Shown: positions 1 through 13,166, counted from the stretch's first letter. The stretch is 64,000 bases of DNA from Tubiluchus corallicola (GCA_030141605.1 JAQGDQ010000511.1:61102-125101), one strand, 5' to 3'. Numbers and translations: made by a program. Notes: generated from the sequence alone by a model not told the origin.

Positions 1-566
1 TGTACAAATTTAAATTTACCGTATGTAAATCACTTAGCGAGTTAGGACGGGATTCATTAAACAAAATGTTGTCTCAGCTGCATGCCTAATTTTACGACAC
101 CTACGGAGCTGTCGTAACTGGTTGAATAGTGTTGTTTTTACTGCACATCAAAAAATCATATAGGTCTATATTCTGGAAATATTGCAATTACGAGAGTTAT
201 TAATCGTTAATATTTATCTTCTCTTTTCTTTTCTCTTCTTCTCAAGCGTTCGAACCCTGTCTGTAGTTGCTCATTAATTCAGGTTTATTAAAATGTTACA
301 TGTTACAGTGCTCGCGACTTGCTAAAGCTAGCACCGCCCAGTGTGTCTCAACTTAAGACAAAATTTTTGATCAAATTCAAGCAGCAGACTTAAGTGAACC
401 CTAAGACACTTTTAAGAATTCCAACTAACAGCAAAATTACGAAAATTAGCAAGATGGACTGAAGTGCACAGTAAGACATGAATACGGTTTACGACGCTGT
501 CTTAGATGTGTCGTAAGACAATGCAATTAAGTGCATAAATTTATGACGCGTACACGAATCTGGCCC
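1..566. mobile_element. Probable right end of a non-autonomous DNA transposon (PIF/Harbinger-like terminus); left end outside window
   Basis: Ends in ...ACGAATCTGGCCC (reverse complement GGGCCAGATTCGT), a Harbinger-like TIR start. Partner TIR not visible. Confidence 0.3.
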
Positions 567-1357
567 ATGGCTAGTTAAAAGGTCGAGAACCAGCAGATTT
601 TAATTCACACTTATTTTCCCCTGCACATATCATTTATAGTCATAACGTTACTAGCTGGTCATGTAACTGGGTAAGTGGTAATATTCGCTGTCACATCATT
701 GCACGAGCACTGCATCATAACTACCGTAGCATCATTATAGCCAACGCTATATACGTGTACTACAGTAATTCATTTTAAATTATGGAAAAGAAAGAGCAGT
801 TTCTTCCTCTGTAAAAAAGAAATTCTGCGACTTGGCGTCTACATAGAAATCAAGTTCTGATAACTGAAAAGGTTAAAGCAAGCAAATAAATACCAGCAGT
901 AAGCACAACTTCTGTTGAATTTTGAGATTCTTACGCCAAAATACACAGCAAGATGCGAAATCTTCTGAGATAAAAAACTTATAATTTATAAAACTGTCGC
1001 TTGGCGCTGCGCTTGTATCCACGGGCAGTTCGTTGCAAAGCAAAAGTGGGGCGACTTCTGGAGAATACAGTAGTGACATGCAGACACTTTAGACATAGAC
1101 CTTTATTTTCAACACTGATATTACAAATATTCCCTTTCGCGAAGTACTCCAATCTACTCATGGAGGTGGAGTTGAGATGAGGAAAGACTGCCAGTAGCTC
1201 ATTTGATTCAGAACCTTATAAATTAGTACTTAGACAATAACCATAATTTTCCTAATGAGTTCTGGTTAACAAACTCAACCATCAGGTTGTATGGTTTGCC
1301 TAAAAATCTTTCAATTCTGGACTAATTGCCAATGTTTTAGTGAATCACTAGACTTAC

Positions 1358-1474
1358 CAGTTTCACAGTGAGTACCCTCATATCCAACAGGACACTCGCA
1401 TTCATAATTGAATTGCCTATTTATGCATAAGCCATCATTTTCACAGGGTTCTTGCAGACAAGGAGGTCCAGCAG
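1358..1474 (-). CDS. EGF-like domain exon of the secreted SMB-EGF protein (phase 1-1, 117 nt)
   Basis: Acceptor ttttcttttttcAG and donor GTAAGT. Translates (A)AGPPCLQEPCENDGLCINRQFNYECECPVGYEGTHCET, with 6-Cys EGF spacing and CxCxxGYxGxxC. In frame with the phase-1 end of the 3180-2973 exon. Not in the ORF track. Confidence 0.92.
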
Positions 1475-2972
1475 CTGAAAAAAGAAAATTAAGTTATAGT
1501 CGAGTAATACGAAAACTCTTTGTCGTTATAGATGTTGTACAGCTATGGTACATTGTAAATCCAAATGTCATTATACTGGTTGAAAGCCAGCAAACTGAGA
1601 CAAAGGAATTAAAGAATACTTGACTGCCATTCTTATGTCTACAGTTTTGCACTCATAACTCCAATGCTGATCTACCATACCCACAGGAAACCAGACCATC
1701 TCCACTGACCATCTCCATTTAATTGAATTCATTTACTAAACTGGATCAGATTTAACATCTGACCGGAGGGTAGTCAAACGCAAATACGTCATACCCATTT
1801 ACAAAAGATTTCTTTTGAAACTCATAGTCTGACATTGCGTCTTTTAAACACCTCTCTGATGATTTGAATTTAGGTTTCTATTGAAGTACGATTTATTATA
1901 AACTGTCTTAGCGGAAAGAGCAAGCCAACTGGTAACCCGGGCTTGTTTTTATGAGTGCGGAAAATGTCAGAAGGATTTAGTGATAAAAGTGTGATAAGTG
2001 CAATGTGTAGTTGGTAAAATCACATTAAAGTTACGATTATTTCACGCTTGCGCGCTCGAATTTTGAATGCCCATTTTCCACCACTGACGCCATTCATCAG
2101 CTGAAGAAAAGCAGTACTCTGTGAATTCCTGTCAAGAAGTTTTTACGAAAAACAAGTAGCTAACTTTGTGATGTTTCTGTATGCACATTAGGTAAGCTGC
2201 AGAAGTTTGAATTAGATTAAGCAACCTTACGGAAAGCCACGATGTGCTTACAAATCATCACAAATTCATAATCTTATGAACTCCACCAATTACGTCATAC
2301 TTTCAAGTGAATAGCGGCTACCACCGAGCCTGAAATTTTGAGTACAACGGTAGCATAAATTTACTTTATGCTTTGTAGATAGTTTTTTGCAAATTTATTT
2401 GTTATAATTATTAATTTTTGTCTAAGTTTAAGTGATAGCAGTATGAATATGAATATGAAGTTTTTCAAACGGCCTGTAGAAAAAGCGCTCTAGCGGCGTC
2501 TGGTGGGACTCTTGGAAGGAGATATATGGCAATTTGGAAAGAGGAAGAATAGGGCTAAACGATAACGTGGGCTATATTTTAGGGCAGGTCCATCAAGAGG
2601 AGTGGCGACGAGTTAATTAGATGTTCCATTTTCGGCAATTTTCGCTTAGAAAACTGCTGACGCAAAGCCATTGTTGTGACGTCATCCATTATACTCTGTC
2701 TATAACTTTAATTCAGTAAAAGCTGCTGGCTTTGCGTTAGGAAAATAAACGAACACTAGGTAGGATGTTCGAGCATTGTTGATTATAAGTGGATTTAAAG
2801 GCAAAATTTTTTTGCGGGGACTTTGCTAGTAATTATTAATTTTTTCTAAGTTTAAGTGATAACAATAGAATAAATCCCACATGCTATGCGGCTTGTCCTT
2901 TCGTTTTATTTTGTACAACGCGTTGCACTGTTGAGGCATCATTCGAGCAAGACTGTAGAACTATATACTTAC

Positions 2973-3180
2973 CGCAGGCGCTTAGACCAGGACACATAAC
3001 ACAGATGTCATCACAGCAGTCACCATTATGTTGACAAAACTCGTCACAGTAGCAACCAGATGGCGTTGGTTCATCAGAACCACACGTGCCAGCATCTCTA
3101 AATGGCTGACAAGATTGACTAATAACACTGTCTGCGTATAGTCCAAGAATCAACAATACTGTCACAACGAAGGGCTTCAT
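2973..3180 (-). CDS. First coding exon: signal peptide + somatomedin-B (SMB) domain; gene continues off the left edge
   Basis: MKPFVVTVLLILGLYADSVISQ is a hydrophobic leader, followed by SCQPFRDAGTCGSDEPTPSGCYCDEFCQHNGDCCDDICVMC (SMB CxCDxxCxxxxxCCxD). Donor GTAAGT at 2972-2967 (phase 1). Acceptor ttttgttgcAG at 3209-3208 implies an upstream non-coding exon. Confidence 0.88.
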
Positions 3181-3360
3181 TGCTGCGTGGCACTGTTAAC
3201 GTTTGCACTGCAACAAAAATAAGGCGAGTTTATTAAAAATGTATGTCTAAAATTCTGCAAAATTAGTAACTATAAGTTCATGATAAAATTAATAAAAAAC
3301 TCTTAGGATTAACCGAAATTTAACTGAATTTTGTGATATTTCGTGGACATCTCTACAACT

Positions 3361-4650
3361 AATTATTATTATTATTTATGGGTAATTGTAGCACGATTAG
3401 TAACCAAAAATTTCAACAAAATGCAATAATTTAAATTACCCAAAGTAGTCCCCGTACAAAGGGAGGACATAGTGCAGCATGTCGTTCAGTACAATAGTGT
3501 AAGTGTAAACATTAGTACTAAACTTTACGTATCTATGGCAACCGTTCAAATGGAACAACATAGTGCAGCATGTCGTAAAGTACAATAGTGTAAGTGTAAA
3601 CATTAGTACTAAACTTTACGTATCTATGGCAACCGTTCAAATGGAACAACATAGTGCAGCATGTCGTACAGTACAATAGTGTAAGTGTAAACATTAGTAC
3701 TAAACTTTACGTATCTATGACAACCGTTCAAAGGCGACAACATAGTGCAGCATTTCATACAGTACAACAATGTAAGTGTAATCATTCGTACTAAACTTTA
3801 CGTATCTATGACAACCGTTCAAATGGAACAACATAGTGCAGCATTTCATACAGTACAATAATGTAAGTGTAATCATTCGTACTAAACTTTACGTATCTAT
3901 GACAACCGTTCAAAGGCGACAACATAGTGCAGCATTTCATACAGTACAATAATGTAAGTGTAATCATTCGTACTAAACTTTACGTAACTATGGCAACCGT
4001 TCAAATGGAACAACATAGTGCAGCATTTCATACAGTACAATAATGTAAGTGTAAACATTAGTACTAAACTTTACGTAACTATGGCAACCGTTCAAATGGA
4101 ACAACATAGTGCAGCATTTCATACAGTACAATAATGTAAGTGTAATCATTCGTACTAAACTTTACGTAACTATGGCAACCGTTCAAATGGAACAACATAG
4201 TGCAGCATTTCATACAGTACAATAATGTAAGTGTAATCATTCGTACTAAACTTTACGTAACTATGGCAACCGTTCAAATGGAACAACATAGTGCAGCATT
4301 TCATACAGTACAATAATGTAAGTGTAAACATTAGTACTAAACTTTACGTATCCATGACAACCGTTCAAAGGCGACAACATAGTGCAGCATGTCATACAGT
4401 ACAACAATGTAAGTGTAAACATTAGTACTAAAATATATATATATATATATATATATAGCATTGGTAGAGATGGCTGTGGAGGTGAGTTTTAAAGTAGTTA
4501 AGTTAGGGGCATTTACGACTTCAAATGGCTAAGAGGTCCATACATGTATTCCTCGACCTGCAAAACTGTGCAAACGAACATTGAGTTGAACTTGTGGCTT
4601 TGTAAGTTTTAAATTATGTCCACGAAGCTTTGTATCATTAGACAAGTACG
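3361..4650 (-). mobile_element. 5'-truncated CR1-clade LINE 3' end (ORF2 C-terminus, 3'UTR holding a 91-bp array, (AAT)n tail)
   Basis: Minus strand ~4630-4490 gives LRGHNLKLTKPQVQLNVRLHSFAGRGIHVW..PFEVVNAP, the CR1 C-terminal RGH..F..R..W..LP motif. GGGTAATT/AATTACCC inverted repeat at 3380-3441; (AAT)n tail at 3361-3378. Confidence 0.65.
3468..4432. repeat. 91-bp minisatellite, about 10.6 copies
   Basis: CATAGTGCAGCA recurs at 3468, 3559, 3650, 3741 ... 4378; no spacers between units. Confidence 0.97.
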
Positions 4651-5595
4651 CTAGTGTGCTAGTCTCCTGTCCGCAATGTCAAAAATATTTTTAAATATAG
4701 TTGTATAATCGCTTTGATACGTGGGAAGAATTAATTTTCACAAACTTGAAGTTTTCACAAAATGGCTGATAGCCATATCGTGCAATTTTTGAGCCCATTT
4801 TGCAGTTTAATCTAAAAAGCAAGATCAAAAAAGGTTTTTAGGTCTGCCTATATAGCATTTTCGAACTGAAACTAGTTTTATTCTTGGGCATTTCGTGCGA
4901 ACTACAGAATTCATCCATCCATCCATCAGGTCTTCCTCGCATAAACTTCAAATTATTTTGCTGAAATTCTCAGGTGTGTGTTTACCAATGTACTTAGAGT
5001 ACCTAGGAATCTGACCACATTTTTGTAATTCTTTCACAACCCTGGGAAATTATTGCAAGCGTTCATAAAACGTACACGGTGTGCCGAAAATTTTATCACG
5101 TGCTGCTTAGCTTTCCGTACAGTAGAAAACAGTAGGGCTGTCATGCGGATTCATTTCACGTGGGATTCATGTAAAACCAACGTATGGCGTCAGAGCTGTT
5201 TTTACTGTTTAGCCTACAGACACGTAGCTAAAGCAAAAATTTTCTTGAAGCAGAGGGCGTATCCAAAATGAGATTCTTTTTAAATCGCTCTTTTCTTCTG
5301 CTCACCTAAAAACATGTTAAGTGGCGTTTATGAAAACTGTGCTTACCCCCACGTTTCTGGGAAACTTTTTAAGGATGAAAAAATTTATTCTTAAAAACTG
5401 ATGTATATTCTCAAAGTGCGCATAATTGCGAAGAACACCCGAAATTCGGTTTCGCGAAAAAAACACTCGTTGATAATTCATAATTATAATTTAGCCTATT
5501 GAATATTTTTAATGATGATGGTCAAATGCATCAAATAAAAGATCGTCAAAATTAGTAAAAAATTAATTCATAAGGTATCTAAGACAATGGCACGT

Positions 5596-6530
5596 TGATT
5601 GATTGATTAAAAGTACACTGAATATGAAAAAAAGAGAAAAATAATAAAAACACGGAAAATTTAGTAAACTGACAAAAGCAATGCCACAATAGATGCACAA
5701 TGGTAAAGAATACAAAATTAACTCAACCACAGAAGGCTTTATTAAATAGTAAGTTTTCAGAATTTTTTAAATTATCAAGTCACTGGATCAGACGTAATTA
5801 CAGGGGAAAAGAATTCCATAATTTGGGAGCAGCAGAACTAAATGATTTATCACAGCATGTGACTAATCTGGTACGTGGGACTTCAAGATTACTTCTGTTT
5901 GAGCTGGATCTTAAAGCACAAGAAAACTCTTCATAAACATAAAGCTTGAAAAATTCGTTTTAAAATTTTATATCACTTACATACTGCCTTTCTGCGTACA
6001 GGACTTCAATCAGCAGTGACACCGTAAAATTACTGTATCTTGTCAATAAGATTAAAAATAAATACGTTTTTTGGCTAGTGAGTGGTGCACCCTGGAGGGT
6101 GAGCCAGCGATATTTTACGAATTGGTGAAAACATTCTAAATAATTAATAATTTTCTTTTCTAGTTACATAAGTCTTTCTAGCAGGTAAGCGGAATTCTAA
6201 GTAATATAGATTTGCACGGAAAGTCTTTTGAGACATAATTTAACATTGCCTTTTCTTCCCTTGATTTACGTTTGGTACATGACGTCATGTAATGGTGACT
6301 TCGCAACAGTATTGTGGGAGATTTAAAATGAAAACAAACTAAAATTCCTTTCAGTGCGAGTAAGATATACGCATAAAATTACTATAAAGTAATATAACTT
6401 TTTAAGGCGATTTTTCTGAAACCTACTTCAGGTTTCCCTTTTCTTGTCCTTTTACGCTCTGCGACGGACGTACAGTTTAAGAAGGCCTGATATGTAAATA
6501 GGAGCCAGGCCACTGATTGCTTTGTAATTA
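5596..6530 (-). mobile_element. L2-clade LINE 3' fragment interrupted by a Kolobok-type MITE
   Basis: Removing 5915-6454 gives the in-frame sequence YKAISGLAPIYISGLLKLYVRRRALRSSSNRSNLEVPRTRLVTCCDKSFSSAAPKLWNSFP. (TCAA)n-like tail near 5596-5608. Confidence 0.8.
5915..6450 (+). mobile_element. Kolobok-type MITE, family A copy (internally deleted)
   Basis: TTAA|AGCACAAGAAAA ... TTTTCTTGTCCT|TTTA. Homologous to 31345-31989, 37200-37535, 40682-41366 and 50928-51608. Confidence 0.8.
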
Positions 6531-7494
6531 TCAAATTTATTTTAGATTTAATTCTGTACTCAATTAATAGGTATTGTTATACTAAACTAAAAAGCCTGCA
6601 AATAGAGGTAGAGAAAAACGGAGAGATTCGGAGGGGGGGTGGGTGGGTCGGGGCTCGTTCGTTTTCGTTGGCGAGCAGACAGAGAAACGAGGGGTCGGAA
6701 ATATCCAAGGTCATAATTTAACGACAGCCGATTAACTTGATTTCTCTAAGCGTATTCAAACGGGAATTAAAAACATGACTGCAGTTTAACAGTAATCGTA
6801 ATCATTATTCATATGGCAGCAGACACGACTCTTGTCCATCACGCGCGCATGCGTATTGGTTTTAGCCAGTTAAATGATGATTTGGTTTTAAAAGGCTGCA
6901 AAGTTTCTGGCGGTCTACTTGGCTCCCAAAATTGTGGCTGTAGTTATTATGTTGAAAACTCAGAAAATTTCTTCCTAGAATTATTGTCAAACCAAAGATG
7001 CCATGTTAAGTCAATTAAATAACTTATTGTTGCCTCCAAGTATCAATATTTTACAATACAGTAATAGTGAATTGTTGCCATTGTATCTTAGTGGAAGTGA
7101 TGATTGTAATGCTGTTATCTGTAAGATTTTTTATTGCGTCCAAAATTACTTTAGGAGTACTAAACGTTTTAATATGATCAGACCTTAGCTTCTCTTTTGT
7201 GTATTTATGGTGACAGAAATTGTTTACATGTGTCTGTCTGTATGTATGTATGTATGTTTATATGAGTTTATTTCTATTTATATGACTTTATTTTTTCCTT
7301 ACTTCTGCTTGTACATACCTATATTTGCACGGTGAAGTTTCATGTATCAGTTTTAAAAACTGTCTAATCTAAACCAAATAAACTATGTCTAAACTAACTT
7401 GATTTTTTACGATGGAAATATGCTAATGGAACATATGATTTGCAAATTTCGTTCGCCATCACATTAAACTCTGAAAGTAGCGGTTTGCAAGCGT

Positions 7495-7790
7495 CCATGT
7501 CAACATAGGACAATCTATTATGTTTCTTCCTACCATTTCCACTAACACATCCTTCTACCCTTCCTGTGTGACCTAACCTTTCCCCCCAGTTCTTTTTTTT
7601 TGTTCACTCATCCATTCTTTTTTTATCTGGTTCACATGGCAGTGGGCTTATACAAGCCTTTGCTTCTCTAGCCCACTGCAGTACAATTATTCTTTTATGA
7701 TAACGATAGTGTATCAAACATAACAATTTAATACAGTATGATGTAATAATTTTGATGTCACTGTGTGCTTAATGTCATTGTATTGTACTG
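7495..7790 (+). mobile_element. LINE-like 3'UTR with stem-loop; uninterrupted paralog of 42845-43133 + 44450-44470
   Basis: Near-identical reverse-complement match to 42845-43133. Hairpin GCAGTGGGCT...AGCCCACTGC at 7639-7679. Confidence 0.7.
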
Positions 7791-8262
7791 AATGTGATAA
7801 TTAACTAAACTAAACTAAAAAAAACTATGCTCTTTTGTTTATTACTATGTCTGTACACATCTTTGTGTAGGATGTAATATATAATAGAGCAATAATAATA
7901 ATGAGCGTGATAAGACGTTTGTTGCCACAGAACTACTCTGTTGCTTAGTGAAGGTTTGACAATGAAAAACAGAACCTGTTTCTGAGAAGTGCTTTTGAAA
8001 AGAATGATCATTAATTTCTAGAGGTCATGATTTGGAATGCGTACGTTAGATTCTGAGAAATGCTGGAAATACTCCATGTATTTAGTAAACGATGGCACGT
8101 TAGATTCTGAGAAATGCTGGAAATACTTCATGTATTTAGTACACGACGGCACAGAGTTTTGCATAAAATGAGAAAAAGTATTAAAGAAAGTATAAAAAAC
8201 AAACTATCAAACGTATGCATAAATAGTATAGCAATGCCATTGCTTTCTGTATTACCCTAATA

Positions 8263-8564
8263 TAGGGGAGACCCGGGTAAAGTGGATCACTGGGCATAGC
8301 GGATCAAATGTGTTTGCTCTTTCTTCCGTAAGGCGTCGCAGTCTACGCACTGTGTGATGTTACGTATTTTGGTTTCGTATTTTCGGAATCGTGGTTTCGG
8401 AATTATCTGTTAAACGAGTAATAGTAACTATAAGTTTTTACCACACGAATATAGCAGCGTTTCCTACGGAAGAATAGGGCATGTAATTGATTGATACAGA
8501 TCAAACGCCTTGAACTCTATGAGCGAAACCCGTTAAGTGAACCACTTTACGCAGGTCTCACCTA
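8263..8564. mobile_element. TA-flanked MITE with ~29-bp TIRs
   Basis: TAGGGGAGACCCGGGTAAAGTGGATCACT versus reverse complement of the right end TAGGTGAGACCTGCGTAAAGTGGTTCACT. Confidence 0.8.
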
Positions 8565-8625
8565 ATTAAAGTGGAAGAAGCAGTATTCCTGTGCATGTAT
8601 TCCTAGGAAGCATTATAGTAACAAC

Positions 8626-9566
8626 CAGTGCTTAAAGTGTATTTATTTAGGTAAGGCTTTCAACGAACAAGAAACAGCTACGCGGTCTGGGAGTGGGTTG
8701 TAAGCTGCCCCAATGGGGTCCGGGGCATATTTTCCTTGATTTTGGGCTTTGGAGACGTTTAATAGCCGAAAAAAGGCCAGTTGAGTAAGGAATTTTTCAA
8801 ACGCTTTTCGCCATTAAGGGTACAAAATTTAGTTGTTTAATTCAAAAAACAGCAATATCTTTAGAATCAGCGAATTTAGTAGTTTTCATTCACTAGCTTT
8901 TGTGCTTTACCTGGTATAAGCCTTGGTCTGTTCAAACCGTTAACCGCGAGGAATTACTGAGCTAACAAAATACAGCAAGCTGCACTAGCTTCTATCTACA
9001 TGTTAACTTCTGGCAAAGACAATCACGCTGCTCACGCCAACTGCATACAGTTAAGTTTTGTTACACTTAACTTTTCAAGTGTGAAGTAAAATAAGTTACT
9101 AGGCGGCGAAATGAGTTAACTCATTATTCTTGTGCACAACTTCTCAAGAAACGTTTGTGCCTTTTTCCTGATAAGTTGCAACAACAATGAGGTACCCATT
9201 GTTATCATCTGCAGTTCTGATCAGGACAGTTGACTGAAAGACGGTACCCATTGTTATCATCTGCAGTTCTGATCAGGACAGTTGACTGAAAGACGGTACC
9301 CATTGTTATCATCTGCAGTTCTGGTCAGGATAGTTGACTGAAAGACGGTGTCCATTGTTATCATTTGCAGTTCTGATCAGGACAGTTGACTGAAAGACGG
9401 AAAGTGTGCTACTAACAAGTGTTACGGATTGGTTCATAAATAATTAAATGATGAGAAAATTAAATACGCGACCCGGCGAAACATTGTGTTACCTTTTAGG
9501 TGCAGGGTCCGTAACATTAGGTTCCGGGTCTCCGACCCTGACAGACCCGGCGTACTTTAAGCAGAG
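8626..9566. mobile_element. Degenerate hAT-like non-autonomous element
   Basis: CAGTGCTTAAAGT ... ACTTTAAGCAGAG; flanks GTAACAAC / CTAACAAT (6/8 match). Confidence 0.55.
9191..9400. repeat. 52-bp tandem repeat x4
   Basis: GGTACCCATTGTTATCATCTGCAGTTCTGATCAGGACAGTTGACTGAAAGAC at 9191, 9243, 9295, 9347. Confidence 0.95.
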
Positions 9567-11399
9567 CTAACAATATGTTTTGCTCTTTGCACGTGCACTT
9601 TTAGATAAATTATTAGCTTTAGTTGTTGTCTGCGCCACGTATATTGAACGCTTACAAGGTTGAGGGCATAGGGCATGACAGATAGACCATTAGCTGTCAT
9701 GTGATGAAGGACAAGGTCAAGTCTCTAAACAAGAGTGATTTATAAAGCTTTACAAGACCTCAAATTTCTACCTGCAGTTCTATTTGTAGAAACATTCTTA
9801 GTAAAAATCATTTTTGAAAAATCAAGGTAAATGAACCGAATTACTGACAGTTACTCTGTACTCGAAATTATTGGTTCCCTTTTACTATAAACTTCCTAAT
9901 TTCATTTCTCCTTCATTTTAATACTTTATGCTGTTTGGTTATAATAATGATATTTTTTCTAAGTAACGCCTACCCAGAATCAGAACAAAGCAATATTCAT
10001 TATTTTCGTTTATATTTGCCTAACTTCAAATTCTACACTCTTATCATCACGTCCAAGATGGTAAGAATCACTTACTGCTATTGCTGTGCAAAAATTTGCA
10101 GTCAACGAGTTATAATAATCGAAAATTTCTTAATTTTAGAATCGCTGTAACGTACGTTACAGTTTCTAGGCTGTTCATCACGTCCAAAAAGATACAGTTT
10201 TTATAGAGAGAAAAAATATGATGTCACCATACAGACATGACCAGATTATACCAACTGATCCAAACAACATATATCCAAGGCCTCAGCTCATTAAGATGTT
10301 TGATGTTATTATACACCTTATGAGCAAACATATTTTTATATTGTATAGTGCGCATGATGGTTTTATGCTTACGTGTTTAAATTTTGTTGCTTTTGTGCTT
10401 AAATTCTTGCTTCGTTTTGTAGTTCAGTTTAGTACTTAATTTAATGGCTCTTATTGTTAGTAGGTTTAAAATAATGGCGAATGTTTGTTGTAATTAAATA
10501 TGTGTGTGTTTGTCTTCATTTATTCATTTTTATGTGTTTATCATGTGATTTGTTCTTTGTATTACAGTTTCTTGTCACAGGTACTTTAAATTTATAACGC
10601 TATTACCATCATCAGTCTTTTTACTTGGAAAATAACTGCAATGTTATCTGTGATTATTGTATCATACATGACATGTAAATATTAGGTAAATAAAGACGAT
10701 ATCTATCTTTAATAATCTTCGCAACGTATAGTTAAGAGAAATATAGTACCTAAGAACGCATCTACGGTAAAATATCTTTATCTGGTGATTATGGAAGTTC
10801 TTTTACTACTCACACGCGAAAAAAAGCGTTTATAACATTTTAAAACACAGTTTCCTACCTGTTCGATGCTGGACTATTCGTTCCTGTTCCCACCACACCT
10901 GATCACGTTAAACGCGAGTTTCCTTTAAGATGCTTGAAATTTCCGTTCTAAATGTTATCTCCTTTCCTCTGACAGTATTTTCCTGTGCAAATCCCAGGCA
11001 CATAAGAAGTAATTATTAAAAGTGTTGCTGCAGTTTATGATGCTGTCAGCTGACCGGTCTATATAAACCTGTATTTGCCTCTTCACTCATCCGAAACAAT
11101 CTGGCCTCAAGGCATGCACTGTTTCTGAGTATTTTGCGAGGGGGCAGCATTAAGGAAAAAACGTCAATGTTTAAATTGTAAACAGTTTAAGATTTATCTC
11201 TTGCTGTGTGTGTACGACAAGTTTGATTATCTTTGCAGTTTTACTTTTGACAAATCATCAGAAAACATTAGGCAAATTCTAATTTCTAAAAAAAATCCCA
11301 CGATTAAACTGAATGGCTTTTCTCAAATTGGCTGGCAATTAACGACATCATTCATTAGATTAAGATAATTTATAAAGCAATGACATGAGAGTTAATTAG

Positions 11400-11750
11400 A
11401 AATTATCACTATTCGCGTTGATTAAGAATTAAATGTTGGGGTAAGTTGTTCCAGAGACGTGGAGCTCAGACAGAAAAACCTTTTTCATCATAGAATACTG
11501 TATTAGGAATCGGCTGATGTGAATTAATTTGTTCATTAGCATTAGAACGAAGTGTTCGTCCTATGTTACGGCGTATTAAAAGATAAGTAAGGTATACTGG
11601 TGCCAAACCATGTAGTATTTTGTAGCTGATACAAAGAATTTTAAATTGAATTCGGAATCTTATAAGCAACCAATGTAACTCTCTTAGAAAGGGTGTAATA
11701 TGATCATATTTTCTAGTTTTCGTAATCACACGGGCAGCATATATTTGCAA
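11400..11750 (-). mobile_element. L2-clade LINE ORF2 C-terminal fragment
   Basis: AARVITKTRKYDHITPFLRELHWL..RFRIQFKIL...YKILHGLAPVYL...RTLRS is a characteristic L2 post-RT motif. Confidence 0.88.
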
Positions 11751-12754
11751 GCTGATAGTTCTGCACTGTATCATGATATAAGAGCATATATACAACACGG
11801 TCAATTATAATTATGTCCTCAATACAAGCACCACAAACTTGCTTATAAAACATTTTAGCAATAATTTTTTATTACTATCTTTTTTAAAGTGAGATAAAAT
11901 GTTGATATTAAATGCTTCTGTAACAATTATTATTCTCAAAAAATTAATAGTCACAGATAGATTTAGGAATAATATAAGAGTGTTCACTGAGATACACAGA
12001 ACACTATGACTGGATCAGCTCTGTTATTATGGACACATAACTGAAGAATTACACGGCAACCCTAGACACGCTATTATTCGCTACGACATTTTTCATAAAC
12101 TCAGATCAGGTCATCCATCCAGTGACAGGCTTTTCGAATTGCTGCAGAACTACACAAAGTCTACTAAACGTTTTCCTAATTGATTGTACGTGTAATTGCA
12201 TATTGAATTGTAACCTGAATTATTTTGAAATTTGGACTTTTGAATTAAACACCTGTTATTGAGCAATCATACTTTTGTGTAACTAACAGGACGATGTACA
12301 TTGATAATTGTGTCTGGTATTGCTTCTGTGTTCTGTGAGTTTTGTGTATCTCAATTTTAAGCGTTAACTAATGAATTACTTGTGTTTTTTAACCTACTAT
12401 CTATATTATATTACAAGAATATATTATAATAATACTTTTGTATAACTAATAGGATGATGTACATTGATAACTGTTTCTGGCATTGCCTCTGTGAGTTTTG
12501 TATATTTCAATTTTAAGTGTTAACTAATGAATTACTTGTGTTTTTAAACTAATTATCTATGTAACTATATTCTTGATGACCAGTTGCATATATCTCTTTT
12601 CAACTAAAATGTATTTGTTGCAAAGTGGAAAAACTCCAGTCAGGAAATATTACTGTATGTCAATCCACTTAAAATAAATAAACCTTATTTATAAAATAAG
12701 TGACGTAACAAGTACGAAAACGAAACTCAAATTTACATTTGTGCCCGTTTCTCT

Positions 12755-13166
12755 CAGGGGCGGAACTAGATGTGGCAAGCAGGGGGGGGCGCAAAAATTT
12801 TCTGGGAGGGCGAGGTATCCGAAGTGGTTAAATAATGGTTAAGCCAATTTTTAACACCTTTTATACTGCATGCAGGCCTATAATTAGCGGACAGAGCAAT
12901 AATGAGAAAATTAACTCTCAGTTAACCTAACGTTATTAACGTGCATCTAACTAAATTGTTATTTACAGAAATTTATCACACACAAGTTTTAAGAAAATAA
13001 TACACTGAAGCTACCAAACATTTTTTTTACCTAATTCTAATTCATATTGAAAATGATTACATGCGAACTGCAATTTTCACTGCAAAAAATTATTTGTCCG
13101 ATTTTGCAGGAGGGGCGCAAATTTTGACAGGGGGCGCCCCCCTCGCTCCCCCTAGTTCCGCCCCTG
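12755..13166 (+). mobile_element. hAT MITE, internally deleted copy of 25458-26161
   Basis: TIR CAGGGGCGGAACTAG / CTAGTTCCGCCCCTG; TSD GTTTCTCT / GTTTCTTT. Confidence 0.9.

Noticed and set aside
3468-4432. CRISPR-like regular array (also considered for 24620-25345, 38396-38785, 49333-50060, 63210-63887)
   Set aside because: Whole units are repeated with no unique spacers, there are no cas genes, and the context is eukaryotic intron or transposon.
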